Shown here: positions 27,392 through 35,908 of the stretch, piece by piece | Numbering within the stretch: position 1 is the first letter of the stretch | Layout of the letters: every line of letters begins with the position of its first letter | Assembly (NCBI GenBank): GCA_964637665.1 | Contig: CAZWUX010000001.1 | Location: 1 to 37,490 of the forward strand | DNA length: 37,490 nucleotides | Direction of reading: 5' to 3' | Origin: an uncultured Anaerolineae bacterium | GTDB lineage: Bacteria; Chloroflexota; Anaerolineae; Aggregatilineales; UBA3940 | Program-made: the position numbers and the translations under genes | Notes under the pieces: generated by a model | Seen by the model: only the letters and a program-made list of their open reading frames with translations | Databases searched by the model: none | What the model was told of the DNA's origin: nothing

Positions 27392-28032
27392 GACTCGCCC
27401 AGGTCCAGCCGCTCCTCCAGACTGAGGAGCGCCGCTTGGAGCCGCTGCTGGCGCAGGCTGTTCGTCAGGTCGCCGCGCGTGCGTTCGAGCACGCCGCGCA
27501 GCACGTCGACGCGGCGGCGCAGCCCGTAGGTGATGGCATCCGGGAAGTCGAACGTCATCAGTTCGTTGTAGATGTCCTCCATCCGTTCGAGCAGCAGCTC
27601 GGCCTCGTCGTCATGCTCCTGCCGGATGATGTCGAGGATCGTCCGGCGAATCTCGGTGCCGGCCTCGGCCAGCCCGCTCAGGTAGGTCGCGCCCGGCACG
27701 TCAAGCTCCTCCCGCGTGGGCAGCGCCTCGCCGCGCACCAGCGCGTAGGTGGCAAACGCCTCGACGTACTCTTTAAGCGCGTCCTGTGTGTAGCCGGAGT
27801 GATACAGGTCGGGGAAATTTGCCACGCCCTCTGACAGGTTGCGCGCCGCCGCGCGCGCCGTCTCCAGCCCGGCCTGCGCCTGCTCCCAGTTCTCACGGTG
27901 GACGGCCTTGATCGTGTTCGCGCACTGGCGGATCAGCTCCCGCGAGCGCGCCAGCGCGTCGTCACGGGCGGCGTTCATCGCCTCTAGTTCCTCGCGTATC
28001 GCGTCCGCAATGGTGCTCAGGTTGTCGGTCAT
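27388..28032 (-). CDS. Translin/TRAX (C3PO)-family protein
   Basis: RD.AL..SRELIRQCA.TIKAVHR, QDALKEYVEA, YLSGLAEAGTEIRR, LRRRVDVLRGVLERTRGD; all-helical 214 aa. Confidence 0.88.
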   Translation of the reverse strand: MTDNLSTIADAIREELEAMNAARDDALARSRELIRQCANTIKAVHRENWEQAQAGLETARAAARNLSEGVANFPDLYHSGYTQDALKEYVEAFATYALVRGEALPTREELDVPGATYLSGLAEAGTEIRRTILDIIRQEHDDEAELLLERMEDIYNELMTFDFPDAITYGLRRRVDVLRGVLERTRGDLTNSLRQQRLQAALLSLEERLDLGES

Positions 28033-28069
28033 GAGTGCTCCATGCTAAAGGAATGGTTGCATAAGTGCG

Positions 28070-28100
28070 CCTGAACGATAGCGTTCGTCTATCGCTCAGG
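28070..28100. promoter_or_regulatory. 12-bp inverted repeat upstream of the translin gene
   Basis: CCTGAACGATAG-N7-CTATCGCTCAGG (one mismatch). Confidence 0.4.
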
Positions 28101-28337
28101 TCTATTATCGTAAGAAGGCTCTGCTTCGACAAATAAGCCCGCCGCGTTCTCCCGCGCAGACACCAGGGTGATCCATCTTTGCGCCGCCTCTCACACCGGG
28201 CGGCGACCTTCTGAGTAACGCCCTCACCCACACGAAGAAGGCGAGATGGGGAAACCCACCTCGCCGAATACTCACTCACCAACCTACGACGGTCGATGCG
28301 CTAACCAGCCGTATCGACCGCTCAAGCGCTCACTCGC

Positions 28338-28736
28338 CTAGAACGGGATGTCCTCCTCGTCGGTGGCGTAGTCCATGCCGGACCCCATGTCCTGGTCCGG
28401 CCCGCCCGTTCCACCGCGCGGCAGGAACTTGACCTCACGCGCGGTCAGTTCGAGCGTGGCGCGCGCCTCGCCGTCCTGCCCGGTGTAGGCCGACGCCTCG
28501 ACCTCGCCGATCACCATGACGGGGCTGCCCTTACGGAGATACTGGTTGGTCGTCTCCGCGAGGCGGCGCCAGCAGGTCACGCGGAACCACCAGGTTTTCT
28601 CGCCCTGGCTGCCGTCGGCGCTCGTCCAGCGCCGGTTGACGGCGACGGAAAAGCTCGTGACCGGAGTTCCGTCGGCAGTGAAGCGCATTTCAGGGTCCCT
28701 GCCGAGGTTCCCTACGATGATACATTGCTGAAACAC
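28338..28736 (-). CDS. ssb: Single-stranded DNA-binding protein
   Basis: IVGNLGRDPEMRFT.DG, FSVAVNR, YLRKGS.V, acidic tail DEEDIPF; GTG start at 28736 behind GAAAGGAG. Confidence 0.96.
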   Translation of the reverse strand: MFQQCIIVGNLGRDPEMRFTADGTPVTSFSVAVNRRWTSADGSQGEKTWWFRVTCWRRLAETTNQYLRKGSPVMVIGEVEASAYTGQDGEARATLELTAREVKFLPRGGTGGPDQDMGSGMDYATDEEDIPF

Positions 28737-28913
28737 GGCTGCTCCTTTCGTTGGGATGCCGGTTGCCGTTGGGGGTGTCCCGGTTCCCTTTTCAGCCAGC
28801 CCCACCCTGCGTGGATGCGGGGCTGGCGCTGGGTTCAATTGGCGGTTCTGAACCCGGCCCGGTGGCCGGGTTGAGGCGAAAAACGACCTCTCAAGGCGAG
28901 CGGTCACATCCTG

Positions 28914-28947
28914 ATAATACCACATCCCTGTGACACCTTCTGTCACA
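28914..28947 (-). promoter_or_regulatory. Putative ssb promoter with overlapping palindromic operator
   Basis: Extended -10 TG-G-TATTAT on the minus strand; TGTGACA-N5-TGTCACA at 28929-28947 covers the -35 region. Confidence 0.5.
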
Positions 28948-29053
28948 ACACGCTGCGGCGAGTGCTGCCGCTTAGAGTACAGCAAAGCAGGGTGCCATGC
29001 AACCGGCGTAAGGACGATCTGCGGGGCTGGTGGGCAGGGTGTCATAGTCAGGC

Positions 29054-29069
29054 TGTGATATACGTCACT
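29054..29069. promoter_or_regulatory. CRP/FNR-family-like box
   Basis: TGTGA-TATACG-TCACT, 9/10 match to TGTGA-N6-TCACA. Confidence 0.4.
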
Positions 29070-29193
29070 TGCCGGGGAAGCGCCCATGAACTACGCTTAA
29101 ATTGATATTTAAGATATCTAGTGCCTGATTTTCCGAATTACAGGTGATTTACATCCTGTCGAAAGCCAGCCGGGAGCTAGAACGAGGTAAACT

Positions 29194-29625
29194 ATGCTAG
29201 AAATCACACGCCAGGCCGACTACGCACTGCGCGCGACGATGGAAGTCGCCCGCATGGACTTTGGAGAGCGCACGCCGACCGCTACGATCGCTGAGGCCCA
29301 GAACATCCCCCTCCCCTTCCTCGCCAAGATCGTCTCCCAGCTCGTCGTGCGCGGGATTCTAGAGGCGACGCGCGGCGCGAGCGGCGGTGTCAGCCTCGCC
29401 CGCCCGGCGGATACCATCACGATGCTCGAAGTCGTCGAGGCCATCGACGGCCCGATCACCATCAACCGCTGCACGCGCGACCCATCCGTGTGCGAGTTTT
29501 CGATGACGTGCCCCTTCTGTGAGATCTTCACCGACGCACAGCAGATGCTCGTCAACAAGCTGGCTAACACGACGCTGGGCGATATCGTGAACCGCGTCGA
29601 GGCCATGGAGGCCGCTGCGGCCTGA
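29194..29625 (+). CDS. Rrf2-family transcriptional regulator, Fe-S type
   Basis: DYALRA, FLAKIVSQL, RGASGG..LARPA.TITMLEVVEAIDGP, Cys cluster C-x6-C-x5-C-x2-C. Confidence 0.94.
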   Translation: MLEITRQADYALRATMEVARMDFGERTPTATIAEAQNIPLPFLAKIVSQLVVRGILEATRGASGGVSLARPADTITMLEVVEAIDGPITINRCTRDPSVCEFSMTCPFCEIFTDAQQMLVNKLANTTLGDIVNRVEAMEAAAA

Positions 29626-29689
29626 GCCTGTCTCAGCCAGCCTCCGGCCCACAGCAGCGCAGTTCATCTACCCCTTCCCTGACCGGCAC

Positions 29690-29729
29690 GGCCCATCTCC
29701 CGGCGAAACCTTAAGCCGGGAGACGGGCC
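29690..29729 (+). terminator. Hairpin downstream of Rrf2
   Basis: GGCCC-A-TCTCCCGGC...GCCGGGAGA-C-GGGCC stem; weak U-tract. Confidence 0.4.
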
Positions 29730-29894
29730 ATGTCTGCGTCAACCAACCTGACCGCCCACCCTGTTTTGCCCCCGCGCAGGTTCAGCCTATACTGCGAACG
29801 TCACATCTCAGCGTGGTCCACCTGCGCGCTGAAGCGGGCGGCAGATTGACGCATCGCAGGCGGGTGCTCACGACCCATAGAAAGAGGCAGACGG

Positions 29895-30869
29895 ATGGAT
29901 AAGACGGTCCGGTGGGGTATCATCAGCACAGCGGATATCGGCGCAAAGCGCGTCATCCCGGCCATCCACCATTCGCAAAACGGCGAGGTGGCCGCCGTCG
30001 CCAGCCGCGACCTGGGCCGGGCGCGGGCCTTCGCCCGCGCCAACGATATCCCCACTGCGTACGGGAGCTACGAGGAGCTTCTCGCCGACCCCGATATCGA
30101 CGCCGTCTATAATCCGCTGCCCAACCACCTGCACGCCGAATGGAGCATCCGCGCCGCCGAGGCGGGCAAGGCCACCCTGTGTGAGAAGCCCTTCGCGTCC
30201 GACGCCGCCGAGGCGCAGGGGATGGCCGACACCTTCGCCGAGCGCGGCGTTTTGCTGGCGGAGGCGTTCATGTACCGCTTCCACCCGCGCACCCGGCGGA
30301 TCAAGGAGCTGATCGACGGCGGGGCCATCGGCGACGTGCATATGATCCACGCGGCTTTCAGCTTCGACATCGACGACGAGGATGACATCTGCCTCAAGTC
30401 GGAAATGGCGGGCGGCGCGCTGATGGACGTGGGCTGCTACTGCATCAACGTGATGCGCTTCGTGACGGGCGAGGAGCCCGACCGCGCCAGCGCGCAGGCC
30501 GAGTTCGGCGCGCGGAGCGGCGTGGACGAACGACTGGTGGGCGCGCTCGGCTTCCCATCGAGTGTGCTGGGTGTGTTCGATTGCAGCGTGCGGACTCCGG
30601 ACCGGCAGATGGTCGAGATTCGGGGTGCGAAGGGGCGGATCGCCGTCGATCTGGCATTCGTGCCGCCGGAGGACGAGGCGGCAACCTTTCAGTTGTGGCG
30701 CGGCAAGAAAGTCGAGATCATCGCCGTCCCGGTCACTGACCAGTATCAGTTGATGGTCGAGGACTTCGCCGACGCGCTGCTCAACGACCGCCCGCCGCGC
30801 TTCCCCCCACAGGACGGCGTCGCGAACATGCGCGTCGTCGACCGGCTGCTGGCCTCGGCGCGCGGTTAG
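29895..30869 (+). CDS. Gfo/Idh/MocA-family oxidoreductase
   Basis: VRWGIISTADIG, YNPLPNHLHAEW, LCEKP, EAFMYRFHP, GGALMDVGCY. Confidence 0.93.
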   Translation: MDKTVRWGIISTADIGAKRVIPAIHHSQNGEVAAVASRDLGRARAFARANDIPTAYGSYEELLADPDIDAVYNPLPNHLHAEWSIRAAEAGKATLCEKPFASDAAEAQGMADTFAERGVLLAEAFMYRFHPRTRRIKELIDGGAIGDVHMIHAAFSFDIDDEDDICLKSEMAGGALMDVGCYCINVMRFVTGEEPDRASAQAEFGARSGVDERLVGALGFPSSVLGVFDCSVRTPDRQMVEIRGAKGRIAVDLAFVPPEDEAATFQLWRGKKVEIIAVPVTDQYQLMVEDFADALLNDRPPRFPPQDGVANMRVVDRLLASARG

Positions 30870-30880
30870 CAGGGCGCGCC

Positions 30881-31825
30881 CTAGTCGTCTTTCACCCGCT
30901 CCAGCGGCTCGCCGCCCCGGATGCGGTAGTGGTCGAAATCGCGCGCGACGACGGCCTCCGGGAAAACCTCGCGCGCTTCCTGCACGATGTCGCGCTCCCG
31001 GTAGCGGCGGGAGATATGCGTCAGCAGCAGGTGGTCAATATTCTGCTCGCGGGCGAGCGTCGCCGCCTCCTGGGCGGTGATGTGCCCAAAACGGCGCGCC
31101 AGGTCAACCTCATAGTGCAGATAGGTGGCCTCGGTGACGAGCGCGGTCGCGCCCCCCACGTAGGGGGCGAGGTCGGGCGCGCTGCCCACGTCACCCGTGA
31201 TGATGATCTTATCGCCGGGGGCCGCCGGGCCAAGAACGTCGTCGGGCCGGACCCTCCGGCCATCCGCCAGCCGCACGGCCTTCCCATTGACCAGATCGCG
31301 CCGCTCCGGGCCGCGCGGCACGCCCAGCGCCTCCGCCCGCTCGTTGAGGAACGGGCGGCGCGGCTTTTCCTCGAAGGCGAACCCGAAGCAGCCCGGTCCC
31401 CGGTGATCGACCGGGAAGGCGCTCACCCGGAACTCGTCGTCCTCCATCAGGACGCCCGGCTCGATCTCGATCAGCTCGATGTCGACCGGGGTCCGCGCCC
31501 CGCGCAGCACGACGCCGAACAGCAGGTCATTCACCCGGTTGAGCGTCGCCCGCCCGCCCCATATCTCGATCTGCTCCATCGCCTCCCAGCGGGCGAAGGT
31601 CGAGATCAGCCCGGCCAGCCCCAGAATGTGGTCGAGGTGGCTGTGCGTCAGCAGAATCCGGTTGAGCCGCCTGAAGCCGATGCCGCTCTTGAGAATCTGG
31701 CGCTGGGTGCCCTCACCGCAGTCCACCAGGAAACGATACTGCTTGTGCAGCACGGCCTGCGCGCTCAATCCGCGCTGTATGGAGGGCGCGCTCGCGCCCG
31801 TTCCGAGGAAGACCAGCTCAAACAC
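30881..31825 (-). CDS. rnz: Ribonuclease Z
   Basis: FLGTGASAPS..R, DCGEGTQRQ, THSHLDHILG (HxHxDH), GVPRGP exosite, EATY, LLTHISRRY. Confidence 0.92.
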   Translation of the reverse strand: MFELVFLGTGASAPSIQRGLSAQAVLHKQYRFLVDCGEGTQRQILKSGIGFRRLNRILLTHSHLDHILGLAGLISTFARWEAMEQIEIWGGRATLNRVNDLLFGVVLRGARTPVDIELIEIEPGVLMEDDEFRVSAFPVDHRGPGCFGFAFEEKPRRPFLNERAEALGVPRGPERRDLVNGKAVRLADGRRVRPDDVLGPAAPGDKIIITGDVGSAPDLAPYVGGATALVTEATYLHYEVDLARRFGHITAQEAATLAREQNIDHLLLTHISRRYRERDIVQEAREVFPEAVVARDFDHYRIRGGEPLERVKDD

Positions 31826-31979
31826 CGGAGTCGTCTGCTTTCACTGTCGGGTGAGATGGGTTGAGAGAGAAAGTTGTGCGCCTATCTTACATCGGCGCGC
31901 CCACAATCAGCCACATGCCGCCGTGTGAACGGGGCCGGGCGTCGTGCAGTGGGGGATGGCGCGGGATCGGGGGGCCGGG

Positions 31980-32729
31980 CTAGGTCTGCCGGGCTTTGAA
32001 CCAGCGGATTTCGAGCCAGTCGATCAACTGGCGCATGACGGGGTGCGTGATGCGCACCGACGCCTCAAGCTGGCGGGGTGAGAACGCATACAGCCGGACG
32101 TAGTGCGGGCGCAGCACGAAGATGGCGTAATCGTCCTCCCAGCGGCGGCTGTTCCACAGGAAGGCCACCCCGGCGTTGCGCCGCATCAGGTCGAGCCAGC
32201 GCCGCCGGTCGTAGTCGGTCAGGTTGGACAGCCGGAAGCGCAGGGCCAGCATGTGGTTGAGCGTGAAGGTCGCCTCCGTCACCTCGTCCTCGTTGTACAC
32301 GTCGACGGTCAGCATGGCGGACTGATCCTGCGTGGTCAGCATGGCGATCGAGCGGCTGGCCGGGCGCGTGTCCTGCGGGGAGCGGTGAATGGTCGCCATC
32401 AGCGGGGCGCGTGCGAAGCGGCGGGCCAGCTCAGTGTCGAGGTCGATCTCCCCACGCAAAAACTGCTTGAGGGTCAGCGGCGACTGGCTGATCCGCACGC
32501 TGCGGCGCAGCGACCCCGTCCCGCCGAGGTCGCGCAGCAGGCGCTGGCGGTCCTGCGAGGTGATACGGGCGTGCGTCGCCAGCGCGTCGGGGTTAAGCTG
32601 CCCGGTGCCGGGCGGCAGGGAATCGTGCAGCGTTCGTGACTGCGGCTGCGGCTGGCTCTCGGTTTGAAGCTCGCGGCGGACCTCCGGGTCGAGAGGCCGT
32701 GTATCGCCGCCAAACTCATAATCACTCAT
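31980..32729 (-). CDS. Conserved hypothetical protein
   Basis: 249-aa ORF with GC3-biased codons filling the gap before rnz; no recognisable motif. Confidence 0.75.
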   Translation of the reverse strand: MSDYEFGGDTRPLDPEVRRELQTESQPQPQSRTLHDSLPPGTGQLNPDALATHARITSQDRQRLLRDLGGTGSLRRSVRISQSPLTLKQFLRGEIDLDTELARRFARAPLMATIHRSPQDTRPASRSIAMLTTQDQSAMLTVDVYNEDEVTEATFTLNHMLALRFRLSNLTDYDRRRWLDLMRRNAGVAFLWNSRRWEDDYAIFVLRPHYVRLYAFSPRQLEASVRITHPVMRQLIDWLEIRWFKARQT

Positions 32730-32906
32730 CCGCCGCGCTCCCCCGCTCGTACGCCATCAGATACCTGTGGACGCACTCATCATAGCACGGCGCGGCCCCG
32801 GCGAGCAAATCCTCAGGCGGCCCGCAGGTGGTTGCCCGCGCGCGGCCTATGGTACAATCCAGCCCGACTTCTGACCGCACAGCCCCGGTAAATCGCGGAG
32901 CCATCT

Positions 32907-34481
32907 ATGCCCGACGAACGGCCCGGCCTGATCCGGCGCATCCGCGCCCTGAAGCCCGGCTTCCTCACGGTGTTCATCGCCGTAGTGGGGGTGTACTGGT
33001 TCTTCCAGCCCCCGGAATACATGACGACCGACGGCGCGATCCGCGAGTTCGTGGGCCGCAACATCTGGTACGAGCACGACTTCGCGCTGCGCCAGATCGA
33101 GGACGGGCAGTTCCTCAACAACATGTACGAATACGGCCCCGATGGCCGCCCCTACGCCTATTTCGGCATCGGCCAGTCGTTGATGCAGATGCCCTTCCTG
33201 CTGATCCTCGACACGGCGGACGCGCTCGGCGTGCGCCAGTACCTCTCGCCGTCAGAGGGCATCCCGGCCATGCTGGCGATGCTGGCTGCCAGCGGCCTGA
33301 TCGTCGCTTTCATCTTCGGCGCGGCCCGCGCGCTGGGTTATGGGGATAAAACCGCGCTGCGCACGGCGCTGCTCGCCGGGTTCGCGGGCATCCTCTGGCC
33401 GCTGTCGCGCCAGTCTTTCGACATGGTGCAGGAGGCGATGGGCGTCACCGGCGCGGTGATGTTCATTCTCGCGGCCCGGCGCTCCGGGCGGCTGCGCTGG
33501 CTGCGCTGCGCGGCGGGCGGGATGCTCTACGGGGCCGCCCTCGCGACGCGGGTCTCCGCCGCCATCGCCGCGCCCGCGCTGGCGCTGCTGCTGCTCGGCC
33601 CCGGCGCGTGGAACGGCTGGGGCGAGCGGCTGAAGGCCGGGGGCTGGTTCGCGCTCGGCGTGCTGAGCGTCGCATGGCTCGTGCCGTTCTACAACGCCGT
33701 GCGCTTCGGCGATCCGTTCGTGCTGGGCTACGCCAACCGCGCGCCCTACCCCGGCGGCGCGCTGATACCGGGCGTCGCGGGCTGGCTGGTCAGCCCCTGG
33801 CGCGGGGCGCTGATCTACATGCCCGTCCTGCTGATGCTGCCCTTCGGCTGGCGGCGCTTCGCCGCGCGGGATCGCCTCGCCGCATGGTCGCTGGCGGCCC
33901 TGTTCGCGTCCTACCTCGTGTTCCACGCCGCGCTGCGCGGGCTGGGCACAGTTAGCTGGGGGCCGTATTACCTGCTACCGGGCATCGTGCCGCTGTACCT
34001 CATCTTCGCCGGTCTGCTCGACGACTGGCGTGCCCTGCCCGGCTGGACGCGCGGCGCGATGGCGGCGTTAGTCGCACTGACGGTGCTGGTTCAGGTCCCG
34101 GCGATGATCAACCCGCCGGAGCGCTACCAGAGTGTGATGACCGTACGCGGCATCAGCGCGGTGGATGAGCAGGGCGTGTGGAATTGGCGCTGGAACCCGA
34201 TCACGCTTCAGGCGGAGGGATTCGCCGAAAATATGCGCAACCTGCCCCACTGGCGGGAGCACATCGACCCGCCGTCCGAATACGACGCCGAGACGCTGCT
34301 CCGCGAGCTGCCGGTCTATCTGCTGCCCGACTGGCGGTGGTTCCAACGATTAGTACGCGATGCGATATCCGGCCTGACGACGCCCGTGCTGTCCCTGATC
34401 TGCGGCGTCTGGCTGGTCATTCAGGCAGGGCCAAACCGCCGCCGTGACCCCGCCCCAGACCTCGAACCCGCGCGGGGCTGA
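32907..34481 (+). CDS. Polytopic membrane protein, probable GT-C (PMT/ArnT-like) glycosyltransferase
   Basis: Multiple TM helices; TTDG loop motif, YFGIGQSL, YNAVRFGDP..GY, LVSPWRG.LIY.P, SWGP.YLLP. Confidence 0.7.
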   Translation: MPDERPGLIRRIRALKPGFLTVFIAVVGVYWFFQPPEYMTTDGAIREFVGRNIWYEHDFALRQIEDGQFLNNMYEYGPDGRPYAYFGIGQSLMQMPFLLILDTADALGVRQYLSPSEGIPAMLAMLAASGLIVAFIFGAARALGYGDKTALRTALLAGFAGILWPLSRQSFDMVQEAMGVTGAVMFILAARRSGRLRWLRCAAGGMLYGAALATRVSAAIAAPALALLLLGPGAWNGWGERLKAGGWFALGVLSVAWLVPFYNAVRFGDPFVLGYANRAPYPGGALIPGVAGWLVSPWRGALIYMPVLLMLPFGWRRFAARDRLAAWSLAALFASYLVFHAALRGLGTVSWGPYYLLPGIVPLYLIFAGLLDDWRALPGWTRGAMAALVALTVLVQVPAMINPPERYQSVMTVRGISAVDEQGVWNWRWNPITLQAEGFAENMRNLPHWREHIDPPSEYDAETLLRELPVYLLPDWRWFQRLVRDAISGLTTPVLSLICGVWLVIQAGPNRRRDPAPDLEPARG

Positions 34482-34485
34482 ACCC

Positions 34486-35898
34486 ATGCCCTCCCCCACC
34501 GACCGCCCGCACACCTGCATCCTGACGCTTCAGGCCGACCGCCCCGGCGGCGTCCCGACCGTCGTGGACTGGTGGCACGCCCTGCTCGACAACTGGGGCC
34601 ACCGCGCGACGACCGTCTATGCCGCCTTCGAGCCGGAGGACATCCCGCGCGGGCAGCGGCTGCGCGGCATTGCCCGGACGTGGCGTTTGCACGAGCGCCC
34701 GGAGCACCCCAACCCGACGCTCGCCAGCGCCGCGCCGCCCTTCCCGCTGTGGCTGTTTTACGCCGTCCCCCAGTGGATCTTCGGATCGGCCCTCGACCGG
34801 TTCGATCAGATCGTCGTGGCGGGCGGGCCGTGCCTGCACGCGCTGCCGCTCGCCCTGCGCGGCGATCCGTACGTCGTGTGGATGGGCACGCTCTACGAGG
34901 ACGAATTACGCGGCAAGGTGTTGATCGGCGATCAGTGGGCTGAGCGCGTGCTCAACAGCCCGTTCTGGCCCGTGCTGGCGTGGCAGGAGCGCTTCGTGCT
35001 GCGCCGGGCGGCGCGCATCCTGCCCCAGAGCCCGTACACGCTGCGCCGCATCAAGGAGACGATGCCGGAGGTCGCCCGCCGGGTCGAGCTGGCGATGGTC
35101 CCCGTCGACACGTCGCTGTTCCGGCCCCTCTCCTCGGCGGCGCGTAAGGGCAGCCCACGCACGATCCTGAACGTGAGCCGCATCAACGATCCGCGCAAGA
35201 ACATCCCGCTGCTGCTGAAGGCGTTCGCCCGCGTGCGGCGGCGTCACCCCGATATCCGGCTCGTGCTGGCCGGGGACGATCCCGGCCCGGCGCTGCTCGC
35301 GCAGGCCGATCAGCTCGGCGTGCGCGATGCGATCGAGTTCCGGGGCAAGGTCCCGTTCGACGAGCTGGTCGACCTCTACCAGCGGGCGGACGTGTTTGCC
35401 ATCACGAGCACGCAGGAGGGGCTGGGCATCGTCATGGTCGAGGCGATGGCCTGCGGCACGCCCGTCGTCGCGACCGACTGCGGCGGGCCGGAGGGTATCG
35501 TGATCGACGGCAAAACCGGGCGTCTCGTGCCCAACAACGACGCCAAGGCATTCGCCGCCGCGCTGTCCGATCTGTTGGACGACCCCGCCCGGTTGGCCGT
35601 CATGCGCGAGCAGTGCGCGGCCTTCATCCGCGAGCGGGCGTCCCGGCCCGTCGTCGAGCGCACGCTGTACCGCGCCTTCGCGCAGACCTTCCCCGATTCG
35701 CGGGCCGCCGAGCAGCATCTATTCGACACGTCCGAGCCTGCCCCGCCTCCCCCTTACCGCCGCCCCCGCTGGCGCGAATGGCTGGCCCTCGCGTGGGTGG
35801 TGCTGGTGACCGCCGCCTACGTCCAGCATCAGGCCGTGCTGAACTGGCCGTCCATCGAGGCGCGCATCGTCGGGCCGCTGCTCAGGGCGCTGCGGTGA
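34486..35898 (+). CDS. Glycosyltransferase family 4
   Basis: PVDTSLFRP, VSRINDPRKNI, YQRADVF, EGLGIVMVEAMACGTPVV, DGKTG.LV. ATG at 34486; alternative GTG at 34444. Confidence 0.92.
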   Translation: MPSPTDRPHTCILTLQADRPGGVPTVVDWWHALLDNWGHRATTVYAAFEPEDIPRGQRLRGIARTWRLHERPEHPNPTLASAAPPFPLWLFYAVPQWIFGSALDRFDQIVVAGGPCLHALPLALRGDPYVVWMGTLYEDELRGKVLIGDQWAERVLNSPFWPVLAWQERFVLRRAARILPQSPYTLRRIKETMPEVARRVELAMVPVDTSLFRPLSSAARKGSPRTILNVSRINDPRKNIPLLLKAFARVRRRHPDIRLVLAGDDPGPALLAQADQLGVRDAIEFRGKVPFDELVDLYQRADVFAITSTQEGLGIVMVEAMACGTPVVATDCGGPEGIVIDGKTGRLVPNNDAKAFAAALSDLLDDPARLAVMREQCAAFIRERASRPVVERTLYRAFAQTFPDSRAAEQHLFDTSEPAPPPPYRRPRWREWLALAWVVLVTAAYVQHQAVLNWPSIEARIVGPLLRALR

Positions 35899-35908
35899 TG
35901 GCCCTGTC

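Noticed and set aside
28737-29087. N-terminal extension of Ssb (249-aa ORF)
   Set aside because: The real start is GTG 28736 with a strong RBS; the upstream part is promoter and leader sequence.
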